A stretch of 64,000 nt of DNA from Acidobacteriota bacterium (GTDB lineage: Bacteria > Acidobacteriota > UBA6911 > RPQK01 > JAJDTT01), in contig OZ253580.1 of the NCBI GenBank assembly GCA_965263035.1, positions 224,001 through 288,000 on the forward strand. Direction: 5' to 3'. Positions 20,117 through 30,280 of the stretch are shown here, piece after piece (position 1 is the first letter of the stretch; the number at the start of each line of letters is the position of its first letter). Both the position numbers and the translations under genes were made by a program. The notes under the pieces are model-generated. The model did not search any database and was not told where the DNA came from. It worked only from the letters and a program-made list of their open reading frames with translations.

Positions 20117-21901
20117 CTACTCGGCGATAAAGGTCATCTCCCAATCGCCGATTTTCTTGAGCCGGCTGCCGGACATCCGGATGGGAGGCTCGCCCGATTC
20201 GGCCCAGGCCTCCAGTTCCTCGACGTGCCCCAGGCGCCTCAAATCCGGCAGCGACGTGCCGTGGCCCCAGAAATAGGCCGAGTGGGCGTCGAACTCGGGC
20301 CCCCAGACCTTGGCCGTATCCCAGAAGACCAGCGACTCGACTCCCAGAGCATAGAGCTGGCGGGCCTTTCGCCGGTACTGCTCCGCGCTCAGATGCCGGG
20401 GCATGATGTTGAGAGTCAGCCGGCATGAGGTCCCCCGGGTCAGGTCCAGCCAATATCGGACGTCGTCCGGATCCTCCCAGGCCAGTTCCCAGCTGTACAG
20501 ATCCTCCGCCGAGGTGTAGGGCACGATGGTGTCCACCAGGCCCTCCCGGATCCACCGCTCCACGTCCAGACCCCAATAGAGGTTCTCGTCCCGCCGCCCG
20601 AACACCCAGACCGAAAGCTTCTTGGGACGACCCTGCTCCGCGGCGGCCTGATCCAGCATCCGTCTCAGATCCCGGACGAACTCGGTCAGCACCGCTGCCC
20701 GATGGTTCAGCCAGCGCGGGTCCCTCTCCTCCAGCTTCCGGGGATCCTGCCCGTATTTTTTCCGAAAGCTCTCCACCAACGGCTCTTCATACTCCACGTA
20801 GGGCGGGCGACGATTGAACAGGGGACAGATTCCATCCACCGGATAGCCGACCATCTCCCGAAACAGCGACACCAGATAGCGTCGGGTCTCCGGATAGCTC
20901 AGGGAAATCCGGGGCGCTCGGCTCCCATCCCGCCGGACCGCCCTCAACTCGGGATGGTTCTCGTAGAAACCGCCCTGGTTCATCTCCTCGAATGGAGGGG
21001 AGAAATGGAATGGACCCATCCCCTCGGCGAACCGGTAGGAAGCATGAAACTCCATCCCCAGCTCGTGGGCATGGTCCACGGCAATACGGAACGGATCGAT
21101 TCCTTTCTCGACGTACTCGGTCCAGTTTTCCACCAGCCGCCGATACTCGAAGAGCGAGTAGTCGTCGATCTGCAGGTGGCGGGTGGTGCATATCCGGCCG
21201 ATTTGGGTGAAGTAGGCGCAAAGATCCCCCGCGCCCGCTTCCCAATAGATGCTGCCGAAGTCTGTGTCCCGGTAAGTCTCCAGCAGATCCCGGACCGTGC
21301 CCGGCTCACTGTCGACCACGATCCCCGTTCCCACGTCCTGGGTGGCCACAAGACGCTTTCGGTCGGACCGCTTCCGGTCGGCCTGCAGAGTCTCGACCTC
21401 CTCCGGCTCCAAGGGCACCAGCTTGATGTAGGCGATCCACACGTTCTCGCTGGTGCTGCGCCCCGTCTCCCCCGCCGGGACCTGCTCCCGGCAGAGCTGT
21501 TTGAAGCGGACCCCCTGACCGGTCAGATCCGCCGTCTTCCAATAGACGTCCCGGACCGCCTGGTCGCTCTCCATGGCGGGAGCCGGGAGGAAGACCAGGG
21601 AAAACGCCAAATCATCATCCAAGCGGGTCCACACACGTTGTCCCCGAAAGGGCCGAAACGGCGTGTTGTACAACCCGATGTAGACGTCGTGCCAGCCTCG
21701 AATCTCGAGCGGATATCGAACTTCCGCCGCCGCCGTCTCGGGACCCGCCCGCAGGAACACTCCCCGGAAGTCCTCGGCCTCGTAGTCGATCAGACGCCAG
21801 CACGACCGCTTGCCGACTCGACTCAGGGACGAATCGGGCCGGCATCGGTTCAGATCGGTCAAGTAGATGGGGTCGTTGTTCCGCGTCGGTCCATCGGACA
21901 T
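20117..21901 (-). CDS. Glycoside-hydrolase-like TIM-barrel protein (GHL10/DUF187-like) with N-terminal beta domain
   Basis: AHELGMEFHASYR, ENHPEL, LSYPETRRY, YPVDGI and DVERWIREGLVD motifs. Start at MSDGP with SD AAGGAG. The ORF-track extension to 22072 is repeat sequence. Confidence 0.75.
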   Translation of the reverse strand: MSDGPTRNNDPIYLTDLNRCRPDSSLSRVGKRSCWRLIDYEAEDFRGVFLRAGPETAAAEVRYPLEIRGWHDVYIGLYNTPFRPFRGQRVWTRLDDDLAFSLVFLPAPAMESDQAVRDVYWKTADLTGQGVRFKQLCREQVPAGETGRSTSENVWIAYIKLVPLEPEEVETLQADRKRSDRKRLVATQDVGTGIVVDSEPGTVRDLLETYRDTDFGSIYWEAGAGDLCAYFTQIGRICTTRHLQIDDYSLFEYRRLVENWTEYVEKGIDPFRIAVDHAHELGMEFHASYRFAEGMGPFHFSPPFEEMNQGGFYENHPELRAVRRDGSRAPRISLSYPETRRYLVSLFREMVGYPVDGICPLFNRRPPYVEYEEPLVESFRKKYGQDPRKLEERDPRWLNHRAAVLTEFVRDLRRMLDQAAAEQGRPKKLSVWVFGRRDENLYWGLDVERWIREGLVDTIVPYTSAEDLYSWELAWEDPDDVRYWLDLTRGTSCRLTLNIMPRHLSAEQYRRKARQLYALGVESLVFWDTAKVWGPEFDAHSAYFWGHGTSLPDLRRLGHVEELEAWAESGEPPIRMSGSRLKKIGDWEMTFIAE

Positions 21902-21918
21902 GAGGGGATTCTCCTTAA

Positions 21919-22078
21919 CAGTCCGTGGTGAAAGTCCCGCGAGCACCGAGACCGTTCCTGCGCCCGCCGGACCAGGCGCAACGGAGGGAGCATACCGGGA
22001 GTATGTGAGCCGATAGCAACGCAGTCCGCGCACGATGCAGGGACGGTCGAATGCCGTGACGACTTTTGCCACGGGCTG
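21919..22078 (+). mobile_element. MITE-like element family A, copy A1 (160 bp)
   Basis: Imperfect 18-bp TIRs CAGTCCGTGGTGAAAGTC / GACTTTTGCCACGGGCTG, flanked by TTAA on both sides. Four further copies in the window. Confidence 0.85.
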
Positions 22079-22246
22079 TTAAGGTCGAGTCCTGGAACGC
22101 TCCAGTCATACAATAAATGAACCCTTATGGTAATGGTGCCGTCAATAAAACTAAGAAGCTTGCCAAGAACGATACCGTCGATACTTCCGGCTCGATCGAC
22201 GCCTTCATTAGCGATGGCCGTTTCACGCCCAGACGGAGGTTGTGGG

Positions 22247-23935
22247 ATGAACCTGCCCAACCGACTTCCCCTATTTCAAACTCTCGTAGCGGCAGCATTG
22301 ATCCTGGCGAACACGCCGGTTTGGGGCGCTACTCCGGTGCTGGATGCCATGAAGCAAGAGCTCCAACGCTCCGTCAAGCTCCTCGCTGAACAGCCGATTC
22401 CCATCTACTATCTCAGTTACGAAGTCACTGAAAACCGGAATGTCATCCTGGGCTCGGCCTTCGGCAACATCACCAGAAGCTCCAAGGGAGATCGCCGTCT
22501 CGTGGACATCGATCTCCGGGTCGGCAGTCCCCAACTGGACAACACTCACCCGATCCGCGGTGATTTCTTCTCCAACTTCCGTTCTTTTTCCCGAGTGGAG
22601 GCGCCTACCGGGGATCTGGAAGCACTACAGAACATCCTCTGGTACGAGACGGACAAAAAATACAAGGAAGCGATCGAACGGCTGACCAAAGTCAAGGCAA
22701 ATGTCCAGGTCAAGGTGGAGGAGGAGGATCAGGCGGGAGATTTTTCGTCCGAGGCGCCGGAGACATGGGTGGAAGATCCTGCGTCTCTGACCATCGATCG
22801 AGCCTCGTGGGAAGAAAAGCTCCGCAAGTACACGGCTCCCTTCTCCCATTCCGGTCAGATCTACTCGGCAGATGCGACCCTGTCGGCCAACGCCGAGACT
22901 CGATGGTACGTAAACAGCGAAGGATCCGAGATCCGAACCTCCCAGACCTACTATCGACTGATGATCTCGGCGTTCACCAAGGCTGAGGACGGGATGGAGC
23001 TGCCCCGCTATGAGTCCTTTTTCTCCTTCACGCCTGACGGACTTCCCGACGACGGCGCCGTGCTGAGCGCAGTGGATGACATGATCCGTGATCTCGAAGC
23101 ACTGAGGGTGGCCCCCGTGGTCGCTCCGTATACCGGGCCCGCTATCCTCTCGGGCCAAGCCAGCGCCGTCTTCTTTCACGAAATCCTCGGCCACCGGGTG
23201 GAAGGACACCGGCACAAGGAAGAAGACGACGCCCAGACCTTCAAGGAAATGGTGAATCAGAAGGTTCTGCCCGAGACGTTCTCGGTCATCTTCGATCCGA
23301 CGGTTCGGCGAATTGAATCAACGGACCTGGTCGGCGCCTACCGCTATGACAATCAGGGAGTGAAGTCCCAGCGAGTGCCGGTCATCGAAAACGGGATTCT
23401 GAAGAGATTCCTCATGTCCCGAAAACCGGTCGAGGGCTTCTCGAACTCGAACGGCCACGGCCGTAAACAGGCCGGTCTGCCGCCGGTTGCCCGCCAATCG
23501 AACCTGTTCGTCGAGGTGACCGAATCCCATTCCCGGGAAGAGCTCAAGGCTCGGTTGATCGACTTGATCAAGGAGGCTGACAAACTCTTCGGACTCTACT
23601 TCGAAGACGTCCAAGGTGGATTCACGTTCACGGGCCGAACCATTCCGAACGCCTTCAACGTGCTGCCGATCATCGTGTACCGGATCCATGCTGACGGACG
23701 CGAGGAACTGGTCCGGGGCGTTGACCTGATCGGCACACCGCTGACGACATTCAGCAAGATCACGGCCGCTGACAACCAGATCGACGCCTTCAACGGAATC
23801 TGTGGAGCCGAGTCGGGCGGCGTTCCCGTTGCCGGTATCTCACCGGGGGTTCTTGTCTCCCAGATCGAGGTCCAGAAGAAGGAGAAATCCCAGGAACGTC
23901 CTCCGATTCTCCCTCTTCCCGAGTCAGGGCCTTAG
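22247..23935 (+). CDS. tldD: TldD-family metalloprotease with signal peptide
   Basis: FFHEILGHRVEG (HExxxH), SNGHGR and C-terminal GICGAESG Cys. SD GGAGGT before MNLPNR. Confidence 0.85.
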   Translation: MNLPNRLPLFQTLVAAALILANTPVWGATPVLDAMKQELQRSVKLLAEQPIPIYYLSYEVTENRNVILGSAFGNITRSSKGDRRLVDIDLRVGSPQLDNTHPIRGDFFSNFRSFSRVEAPTGDLEALQNILWYETDKKYKEAIERLTKVKANVQVKVEEEDQAGDFSSEAPETWVEDPASLTIDRASWEEKLRKYTAPFSHSGQIYSADATLSANAETRWYVNSEGSEIRTSQTYYRLMISAFTKAEDGMELPRYESFFSFTPDGLPDDGAVLSAVDDMIRDLEALRVAPVVAPYTGPAILSGQASAVFFHEILGHRVEGHRHKEEDDAQTFKEMVNQKVLPETFSVIFDPTVRRIESTDLVGAYRYDNQGVKSQRVPVIENGILKRFLMSRKPVEGFSNSNGHGRKQAGLPPVARQSNLFVEVTESHSREELKARLIDLIKEADKLFGLYFEDVQGGFTFTGRTIPNAFNVLPIIVYRIHADGREELVRGVDLIGTPLTTFSKITAADNQIDAFNGICGAESGGVPVAGISPGVLVSQIEVQKKEKSQERPPILPLPESGP

Positions 23936-24023
23936 ACGCAAGGGAGCAGCCCCGCCATTGTCTGCTATCACCGGCACCGACCAAGACCCTCCAATCGTCC
24001 AGCAAACAAGGAGCAGGTCCCTG

Positions 24024-25805
24024 ATGCCCCACCACGCCCCTATTCTGTGCATGCTCATTCTTTTCTTGTCGGGTCCGTCGTGGCTTCAGGCGCAAGAGAA
24101 CGTCCTGATGAAGGCGATGCGCGATGAGCTGGGACGGACTATGGAAAAGCTGCAACTCGAAGGTCTGGAGAAACCCTATTACGTCGCCTATTGGGTTCAG
24201 GAATCCCAGAACCTGAGGGTTTCGGCCAGCCTGGGGGGAGTTCTCAACCGCGGAGGGGGAACCAGCCGTCAACTGTCGATTCAGGTCAGGGTTGGCGACC
24301 CTTCCTTCGACAACACGAATTTCTTTGATTTCGGCGAGATGCGTTCCGGAGTGGTCTGGACGATAGGCCCCATTTCCTTACCACTGCGAGACGACTACCG
24401 GGAGTTGAGACGGCAGATCTGGTTGGCCACCGACGGCACTTACAAGCAGGCCGTGCAAAGACTTGCCAAGAAACGCGCAGCCCTCCAGAACAAGACGCGC
24501 GTCGAGGAGGTGGCCGACTTCAGTCAGGAAGAACCGGTTGAATTCAGAGGTCCCCAGGACCCGGCGGAACTGCCGGATGCGGCCCAGGTAGAGGCGACGT
24601 TGAAGGAACTATCGTCCCTCTTCAAGGAAGCACCGCACATCTATGCTTCCAGCGTACGAGCCAACGTTCGCCGTGTGACGACTTACTTCGTGAACAGCGA
24701 GGGATCTTCGTACGTGCAAGGCGAGCCTTCAGCCTATATCCGGGCTCTGGCCCGGACTCAGGCCTCCGACGGGACGGAGTTGGAAGACTTTGTCGTTTCT
24801 TACGGACGTTCGTGGGACGACCTGTCCAGCCCGACTGAGTTGGCGCAAAGGATAAGGGCGATGGCCGCCCACCTGGGGCGGTTGCGGAAGGCCGAGATCG
24901 CAGACCTCTACAGCGGTCCGGTCCTCTTCGAAGGACAGGCGGCGGCGGAACTGGTGAGCCAGGGTCTGGTGCCCAGACTTCTGGGTCTGAGAGTCCCCAT
25001 ATTGGACGACCCGAGAAGCCAACGATATATGCAACGCGCCAGAAACCCCTTCCAGGACAAGTTGGGGGCCCGCGTCCTCCCCAGGTTTCTCTCGGTCATC
25101 GACGATCCGACGGCCAACCGCCACGGTGAGATTCCTCTTTTGGGCGGATATCAGGTGGACGAAGAAGGAGTCCGATCCCGCGAAAACACCGTTATCCAGA
25201 GGGGAATGCTCAAGACTTTGCTGACGACCCGAAACCCGGTCCGGGGCGTACCCAAGAGCACGGGAAATCGGAGGAACATGGGGCCGGCCCCCTCCAATCT
25301 GTTCGTTCGCGCCCGAAACGGCATGACCAAGGAGGAGCTGAAACAGGAACTGGTGAGTCTGGTGCAGGAACGGGGACTCGACTACGGAATCATCGTGCGC
25401 CGCCTGGGAAACCCGCACCTGAAGTTTTCCAGGGACCGCCGTCCCTCATTCATGATGCGGGGCGCCCGGGGGGGAACCCGGATTGAACCGGCCGTTCTGG
25501 CCTACAAGGTGCTGCCGGACGGACGGGAAGAGTTGATTCGAAAGGTCACGCTGTCCGGATTCAGCGAGTCGAGTTTCCGCGACATCGTTGCTGCGTCCGA
25601 GACGGCCGTGCCATACACCACTGAATACCGTCCTCCGGACCGAATGTTCGCTTCGCTCGATATGTTCGGCACCGGGGGGTCGAGCGAAACCCCTCTGATG
25701 TCTCTGGTGACGCCGTCTCTCCTGTTCGAGGACCTGACCCTGAAGAGACCCACGGAGGACATTCCCCGCCCGCCCGTGACGCCTCCCCCATCGCGGGGGC
25801 AATAG
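24024..25805 (+). CDS. TldD/PmbA-family non-catalytic (TldE-like) partner with signal peptide
   Basis: Paralogous to the upstream gene (AMRDEL.R, PYYVAY, RVGD..FDNT, YSGPVL) but lacks HExxxH. SD AAGGAG. Confidence 0.8.
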   Translation: MPHHAPILCMLILFLSGPSWLQAQENVLMKAMRDELGRTMEKLQLEGLEKPYYVAYWVQESQNLRVSASLGGVLNRGGGTSRQLSIQVRVGDPSFDNTNFFDFGEMRSGVVWTIGPISLPLRDDYRELRRQIWLATDGTYKQAVQRLAKKRAALQNKTRVEEVADFSQEEPVEFRGPQDPAELPDAAQVEATLKELSSLFKEAPHIYASSVRANVRRVTTYFVNSEGSSYVQGEPSAYIRALARTQASDGTELEDFVVSYGRSWDDLSSPTELAQRIRAMAAHLGRLRKAEIADLYSGPVLFEGQAAAELVSQGLVPRLLGLRVPILDDPRSQRYMQRARNPFQDKLGARVLPRFLSVIDDPTANRHGEIPLLGGYQVDEEGVRSRENTVIQRGMLKTLLTTRNPVRGVPKSTGNRRNMGPAPSNLFVRARNGMTKEELKQELVSLVQERGLDYGIIVRRLGNPHLKFSRDRRPSFMMRGARGGTRIEPAVLAYKVLPDGREELIRKVTLSGFSESSFRDIVAASETAVPYTTEYRPPDRMFASLDMFGTGGSSETPLMSLVTPSLLFEDLTLKRPTEDIPRPPVTPPPSRGQ

Positions 25806-25902
25806 TCCTCCGTCTCGAGTTTCGACATTTTGACGACCTGAGGCCCCGCTCACTGCGGCTACCATTCCCACCCCGCCCATGTACAATGGGAGCCGGTTTG
25901 CC

Positions 25903-28482
25903 ATGGTCTTCAAGTCCTGCATTCTCATCGTTTTCGGACTGCTCGGGTTCGGTTTCGGGGCGGAGTCCCGTTCAGCGGCGGTCCCGGACCCGTTGGCCCA
26001 AGAAGTCCGGACCCTCTTCGAGAATCACTGCATCCAGTGCCACGGTCCCTCGCAGCAACTGAACGGCCTTCGTCTGGACAGCCGGGAAGGCGCGCTGGAA
26101 GGGGGCTACTCGGGACCCTCTCTGGTCTTGGGCGACGGCGGCGGCAGCACCTTGATCCGGAGATTGACCAGCGACGACCCCAGCACGCGCATGCCCCTGG
26201 CGGCGCCACCCCTCCGTCCGGATCAGATCGAGGTGCTGACCCGTTGGATCGACCGGGGAGCCCCCTGGCCCCGCGACATGACGGTTCGAACCGGAGCGGA
26301 TTCCATCTCCTCGAAGCAGGTCCGGCACTGGTCGTTCCGCCCCATCGACCGGCCCGAGTCCCTGCCGGAGGCAACGGGACCGTGGGACCGGTCTCCCCTC
26401 GACTCGTTGATCCGGAACCGACTGGAGCAGGAAGGTCTGGCCCCTTCCCCCATGGCCCCCAAAGAGACCCTCATCCGAAGGGTCAGCCTGGATCTGACCG
26501 GTCTTCTGCCCAGCGTCGAGGAAGTGGAGGCCTTCTTGCGCGATGACCGGCCCGACGCCTATGAGCGGTTGGTGGACCGGCTGCTGGCATCACCCCGTTA
26601 CGGCGAGAAATGGGCGCGTCACTGGCTGGACCTGGCCCGCTACGCCGACAGCGACGGTTACGAGAAGGATCTGCTCCGTCCCCACGCCTGGCGCTGGCGG
26701 CAGTGGGTGGTCCAGGCTCTGAATCTCGACCTCCCCTTCGACCGCTTCACCATCGAGCAGTTGGCCGGAGACCTCCTTCCCGGGGCGAGCCTTGAACCGA
26801 GGGTCGCCACCGGATTCCTGCGCAGCGGCCTCAAGAACCGGGAAGCGGGCGTGCCTCGAGGTCAGGTGCGGTTCGAGGAGACGGTGGACCAGACCAACAC
26901 CATGGGCTCGGTCTGGCTGGGCCTGACCTTGGGCTGTGCCCAGTGTCACGACCACAAGTACGATCCCTTGAGCCAGATGGAGTACTACCAGTTCCTGGCC
27001 TTCTTCAATCAGACCCAGGGCCGGGAGATGGACGCACCCCTCGCCGGAGAAACGGAGCCCTACCTGGAAGAGTTCCCGCGCTACCGCCAGAAGCGGAGAG
27101 AACTTCTGGACAACGGCGAGATCTCGGTTCCCAGGCTCCAGGCGCGGTGGGAGGCCATGCTCCTGGAGGCAATGGAGCACCCGGGAAGGCATCTGGACTG
27201 GGACGACATACTCCGGGGCGCCATTCTCAGCGAGTTGGACCGGGCTCCCGAGTTGTTGCGGTCCGGTCCTGCGGGCCGCACTTGGCGGGAAAACGATCGG
27301 GTGACCCACTATTTCTTCAAGTTTCCCGGTCCGGAGAACGCCAAGGACGAGGCCCTGAGCGAGAAGTTGAAGGACCTGAAGGGAAAGCTGGCCGAGCTGG
27401 AGGGGTCCTTCCCCGACGTGACACGGGCCGACGTGGTCCAGGCCATGCCGGCCGCCACCCATATCGCACTGCGGGGGGACTATCGAGTTCCTGGGGTCGA
27501 GGTCCGGCCCGGCACGCCCGGCTGGCTGCCTCCCCTCCCGAATGGGGAAGAACCACCCCGGCTGCGCCTGGCCCGATGGCTGGTGGATAAGAACAATCCC
27601 CTGACCGCCCGAGTCGCCGCCAATCGATTCTGGCAGGAACTGTTCGGCCGCGGACTCGTGAGAACTCCCGAGGACTTCGGCACCCAGGGATCCAAGCCCT
27701 CCCACCCGGATCTCCTGGACTGGATGGCCTCGGAGTTCATGCACCGGGACTGGAGCCGGAAGCAGATGCTGCGCCGGCTGGTGACGTCGGCCACCTACCG
27801 CCAGGCCTCTCGCGTCGATCGGCGGCTGGAGGAGATGGATCCGGAAAATGTCCTGTTGGCCCGGCAGAATCGGCTGCGGCTTTCCGCCGAGTTGATCCGC
27901 GACGCCGCGCTGAGGGCGGGCGGTGTGCTGGATTCCCGAATCGGTGGCAAGAGCGTTCGTCCGGCTCAGCCCGATTGGATCGCCACGATCACGTATGGCA
28001 AGTCCGGCTGGGAGCCCAGTTCGGGTGCGGACCGCTTCCGCCGCGGCCTCTATGTGCTCTTCAGGCGAAGCGCCCCCTATCCCCAGATGGTCAACTTCGA
28101 CGCTCCCGACGCCAGCGCCGCGACCTGCCGGCGGGAACGTTCCAACACACCGCTCCAAGCCCTGAACCTGCTCAACGACCCCGTCTTCATGGAAGCCGCC
28201 CGGTTCCTGGCGCAACGCACACTCCGGGAGGCCCCTCCCCGGTGGGAAGAACGCTTGGACCACATCTACCATCTCTGTTTGAGTCGGGACCCCACTCCGG
28301 GCGAACGTCGTCTGTTCCGACGTTTTCTCGTACGGCAGAGGGCGATTCTCCAGGAGGAACCGGAGTCGGTGAAACAGCTCGCGAACGGTGCCGGTTCCGA
28401 TCTGGAGCCCCTGCTGGCGGCCACTTGGATCGCGGCTGCCCGAGCCGTGTTGAATCTGGACGAGTTCATCACCCGGGAATAG
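25903..28482 (+). CDS. Planctomycete cytochrome c / DUF1549 / DUF1553 (PSD1) protein
   Basis: CIQCH and CAQCH. HWSF.P, LIRRVSLDLTGL, YGEKWARHWLDLARYADSDG, NPLTARV.ANR.W and SNTPLQALNLLND motifs. Confidence 0.9.
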   Translation: MVFKSCILIVFGLLGFGFGAESRSAAVPDPLAQEVRTLFENHCIQCHGPSQQLNGLRLDSREGALEGGYSGPSLVLGDGGGSTLIRRLTSDDPSTRMPLAAPPLRPDQIEVLTRWIDRGAPWPRDMTVRTGADSISSKQVRHWSFRPIDRPESLPEATGPWDRSPLDSLIRNRLEQEGLAPSPMAPKETLIRRVSLDLTGLLPSVEEVEAFLRDDRPDAYERLVDRLLASPRYGEKWARHWLDLARYADSDGYEKDLLRPHAWRWRQWVVQALNLDLPFDRFTIEQLAGDLLPGASLEPRVATGFLRSGLKNREAGVPRGQVRFEETVDQTNTMGSVWLGLTLGCAQCHDHKYDPLSQMEYYQFLAFFNQTQGREMDAPLAGETEPYLEEFPRYRQKRRELLDNGEISVPRLQARWEAMLLEAMEHPGRHLDWDDILRGAILSELDRAPELLRSGPAGRTWRENDRVTHYFFKFPGPENAKDEALSEKLKDLKGKLAELEGSFPDVTRADVVQAMPAATHIALRGDYRVPGVEVRPGTPGWLPPLPNGEEPPRLRLARWLVDKNNPLTARVAANRFWQELFGRGLVRTPEDFGTQGSKPSHPDLLDWMASEFMHRDWSRKQMLRRLVTSATYRQASRVDRRLEEMDPENVLLARQNRLRLSAELIRDAALRAGGVLDSRIGGKSVRPAQPDWIATITYGKSGWEPSSGADRFRRGLYVLFRRSAPYPQMVNFDAPDASAATCRRERSNTPLQALNLLNDPVFMEAARFLAQRTLREAPPRWEERLDHIYHLCLSRDPTPGERRLFRRFLVRQRAILQEEPESVKQLANGAGSDLEPLLAATWIAAARAVLNLDEFITRE

Positions 28483-28484
28483 AG

Positions 28485-29930
28485 ATGACTCCCTTTCAAC
28501 TTCGTACCCTCCACGGCCGCCGGGACTTCCTGCAGAACTGCGCTTCCGGAATCGGCGTCATGGCTCTGGCCGACCTGCTCACCCTGGACGGCCTGACCGC
28601 CGCCTCCACTAAGGGCGGCCCCCTGCGGCCGGCGGCTCCCCACTTCGCACCCAAGGCCAAGAACTTCATCTTCATGTTCATGGAAGGCGGTCCCAGCCAG
28701 TACGAACTCTTCGATCCCAAACCGGCTCTCAACCAATATCACGGCAAACCTCTTCCCGAATCCCAGACCGAAGGCCTGGAATTCGCCTTCATTCAACCTT
28801 CGGCGTCGATCCTGGCAAGCTCCGTTCCCTTCCGGCGCTACGGCCGATGCGGCATGAAGCTCTCGGAGTTGATCCCCCACATCGGCTCCTGCGCCGACGA
28901 CATCAGCCTGGTCCGCTCCATGCACACCGACTCCTTCAACCATCATCCGGGACAGTTGCTGCTCTTCACCGGAACCATCCAGATGGGCCGTCCCAGCCTC
29001 GGCGCCTGGATCGCCTACGGCCTGGGGAGCGAGTCCAGGAACCTGCCGGGATTCGTGGTCCTGACTTCCGGCCCCGGGGGCACCAGCGGCGGGTCCACCA
29101 ATTTCGCCAGCGGCTTCCTGCCCTCCCACTACCAGGGAACGGTCTTTCGCCAGTCGGGAGACCCGATTCTCTACCTGGGCAACCCACCCGGGATCAGTCA
29201 TCCCACCCAGCGGGCTTCGTTGGACCTGATTCGGGATCTGAACCGAAAACATCGCGATGCCACCGGCGACGCCGAGATCGCCTCTCGCATCTCCAACTAC
29301 GAGCTGGCGTTCCGGATGCAGACGGCGGCTCCGGAGTTGACCGATCTCTCGTCCGAACCGGCCGAGACCCGGGAACTCTACGGCCTCGACCGTCCGGACG
29401 AAGCGGAGCGCCAGTTCGCGGGTAATTGCGTGCTGGCTCGCCGCATGGTGGAGCGGGGGGTCCGTTTCGTCCTGATGATGGACCACGGCTGGGACGATCA
29501 CACCGAGATCAACAAGAAGCTCCCCAAACGCGCCCGCAAGATCGACCGGCCCACGGCGGCCCTGCTCAAGGACCTGAAGCGGCGGGGCTTGCTGGAGGAG
29601 ACCCTGGTGGTGTGGGGCGGTGAGTTCGGGCGAACGCCCATGGTAGAGCTGAGAACCCCTGAAGACGCCAGCTACGCGGGCCGGGACCACCAGCCGTCCG
29701 CCTACAGTCTCTGGATGGCCGGAGGGGGAATCCAGGGAGGTCAGGTGGTGGGTCGAACCAACGACTTCGGGATCCGGATCGAGGAAGACCCGATCCACGT
29801 CCACGATCTGCAGGCCACCCTGCTCCACTGCCTCGGCCTCGACCACACTCGGCTCACCTACCGTTACATGGGCCGCGAGTTCCGGCTCACGGACGTGGCC
29901 GGCCGGGTGATGGAAAAGCTCTTGGCGTAA
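28485..29930 (+). CDS. DUF1501 domain protein (Tat-exported)
   Basis: RRDFL signal. FMEGGPSQ.ELFDPKP, GWDDH, VWGGEFGRTP, GRDH and HVHDLQAT motifs. Usual partner of DUF1553. Confidence 0.9.
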   Translation: MTPFQLRTLHGRRDFLQNCASGIGVMALADLLTLDGLTAASTKGGPLRPAAPHFAPKAKNFIFMFMEGGPSQYELFDPKPALNQYHGKPLPESQTEGLEFAFIQPSASILASSVPFRRYGRCGMKLSELIPHIGSCADDISLVRSMHTDSFNHHPGQLLLFTGTIQMGRPSLGAWIAYGLGSESRNLPGFVVLTSGPGGTSGGSTNFASGFLPSHYQGTVFRQSGDPILYLGNPPGISHPTQRASLDLIRDLNRKHRDATGDAEIASRISNYELAFRMQTAAPELTDLSSEPAETRELYGLDRPDEAERQFAGNCVLARRMVERGVRFVLMMDHGWDDHTEINKKLPKRARKIDRPTAALLKDLKRRGLLEETLVVWGGEFGRTPMVELRTPEDASYAGRDHQPSAYSLWMAGGGIQGGQVVGRTNDFGIRIEEDPIHVHDLQATLLHCLGLDHTRLTYRYMGREFRLTDVAGRVMEKLLA

Positions 29931-29990
29931 ACGCCCTCTTTTGTCTGCCCCCTGGCGCGACGACGTCCTGTTCCCTCCTCTGAGAAAAAT

Positions 29991-30280
29991 AGGAAAGAGA
30001 AAAGCTCCCCCACCGGCCCGGTCCGGCGGACGCCCGGTAGAAAAAGGGTAGGAGCGCCGGTTTCCAACCGCCGAACTCCGGTGGAGCATGGAGGAATGGG
30101 CGACTGGAAGTCGCCCCTCCTTGTTTCTTAGAAGAGTGAAGAAAGGCGCGTAATTTACGCGTAGCGGGCACCGCAACCGAAATGATCTCTTCAAGGCTAC
30201 CGGAGCCAGATTGGTTCGAAGCCTTGTTTCTCCCATGAATCCGCCGGGGCCCAGCCGGTGAGGGAGCTTTCCTCTTTCCT
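29991..30280. mobile_element. MITE-like element family B, copy B1 (~290 bp), containing an internal REP-like pair
   Basis: 27-bp TIRs AGGAAAGAGAAAAGCTCCCCCACCGGC / GCCGGTGAGGGAGCTTTCCTCTTTCCT (2 mismatches). Near copy at 36421-36712. Confidence 0.8.

Noticed and set aside
21902-22072. N-terminal extensions MAKVVTAFDRPC... and MQGRSNAVTT... (also at 33812, 41927, 53757) as repeat-derived protein domains
   Set aside because: They are translations of element A. Better starts with an SD, signal peptide or family N-terminus lie downstream, and frame continuity is not kept in all copies.
22117-22389. 90-aa ORF before tldD as a possible peptide substrate or precursor
   Set aside because: It overlaps tldD by about 140 bp, has no SD and no RiPP-like features. 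The region looks like AT-rich promoter DNA.
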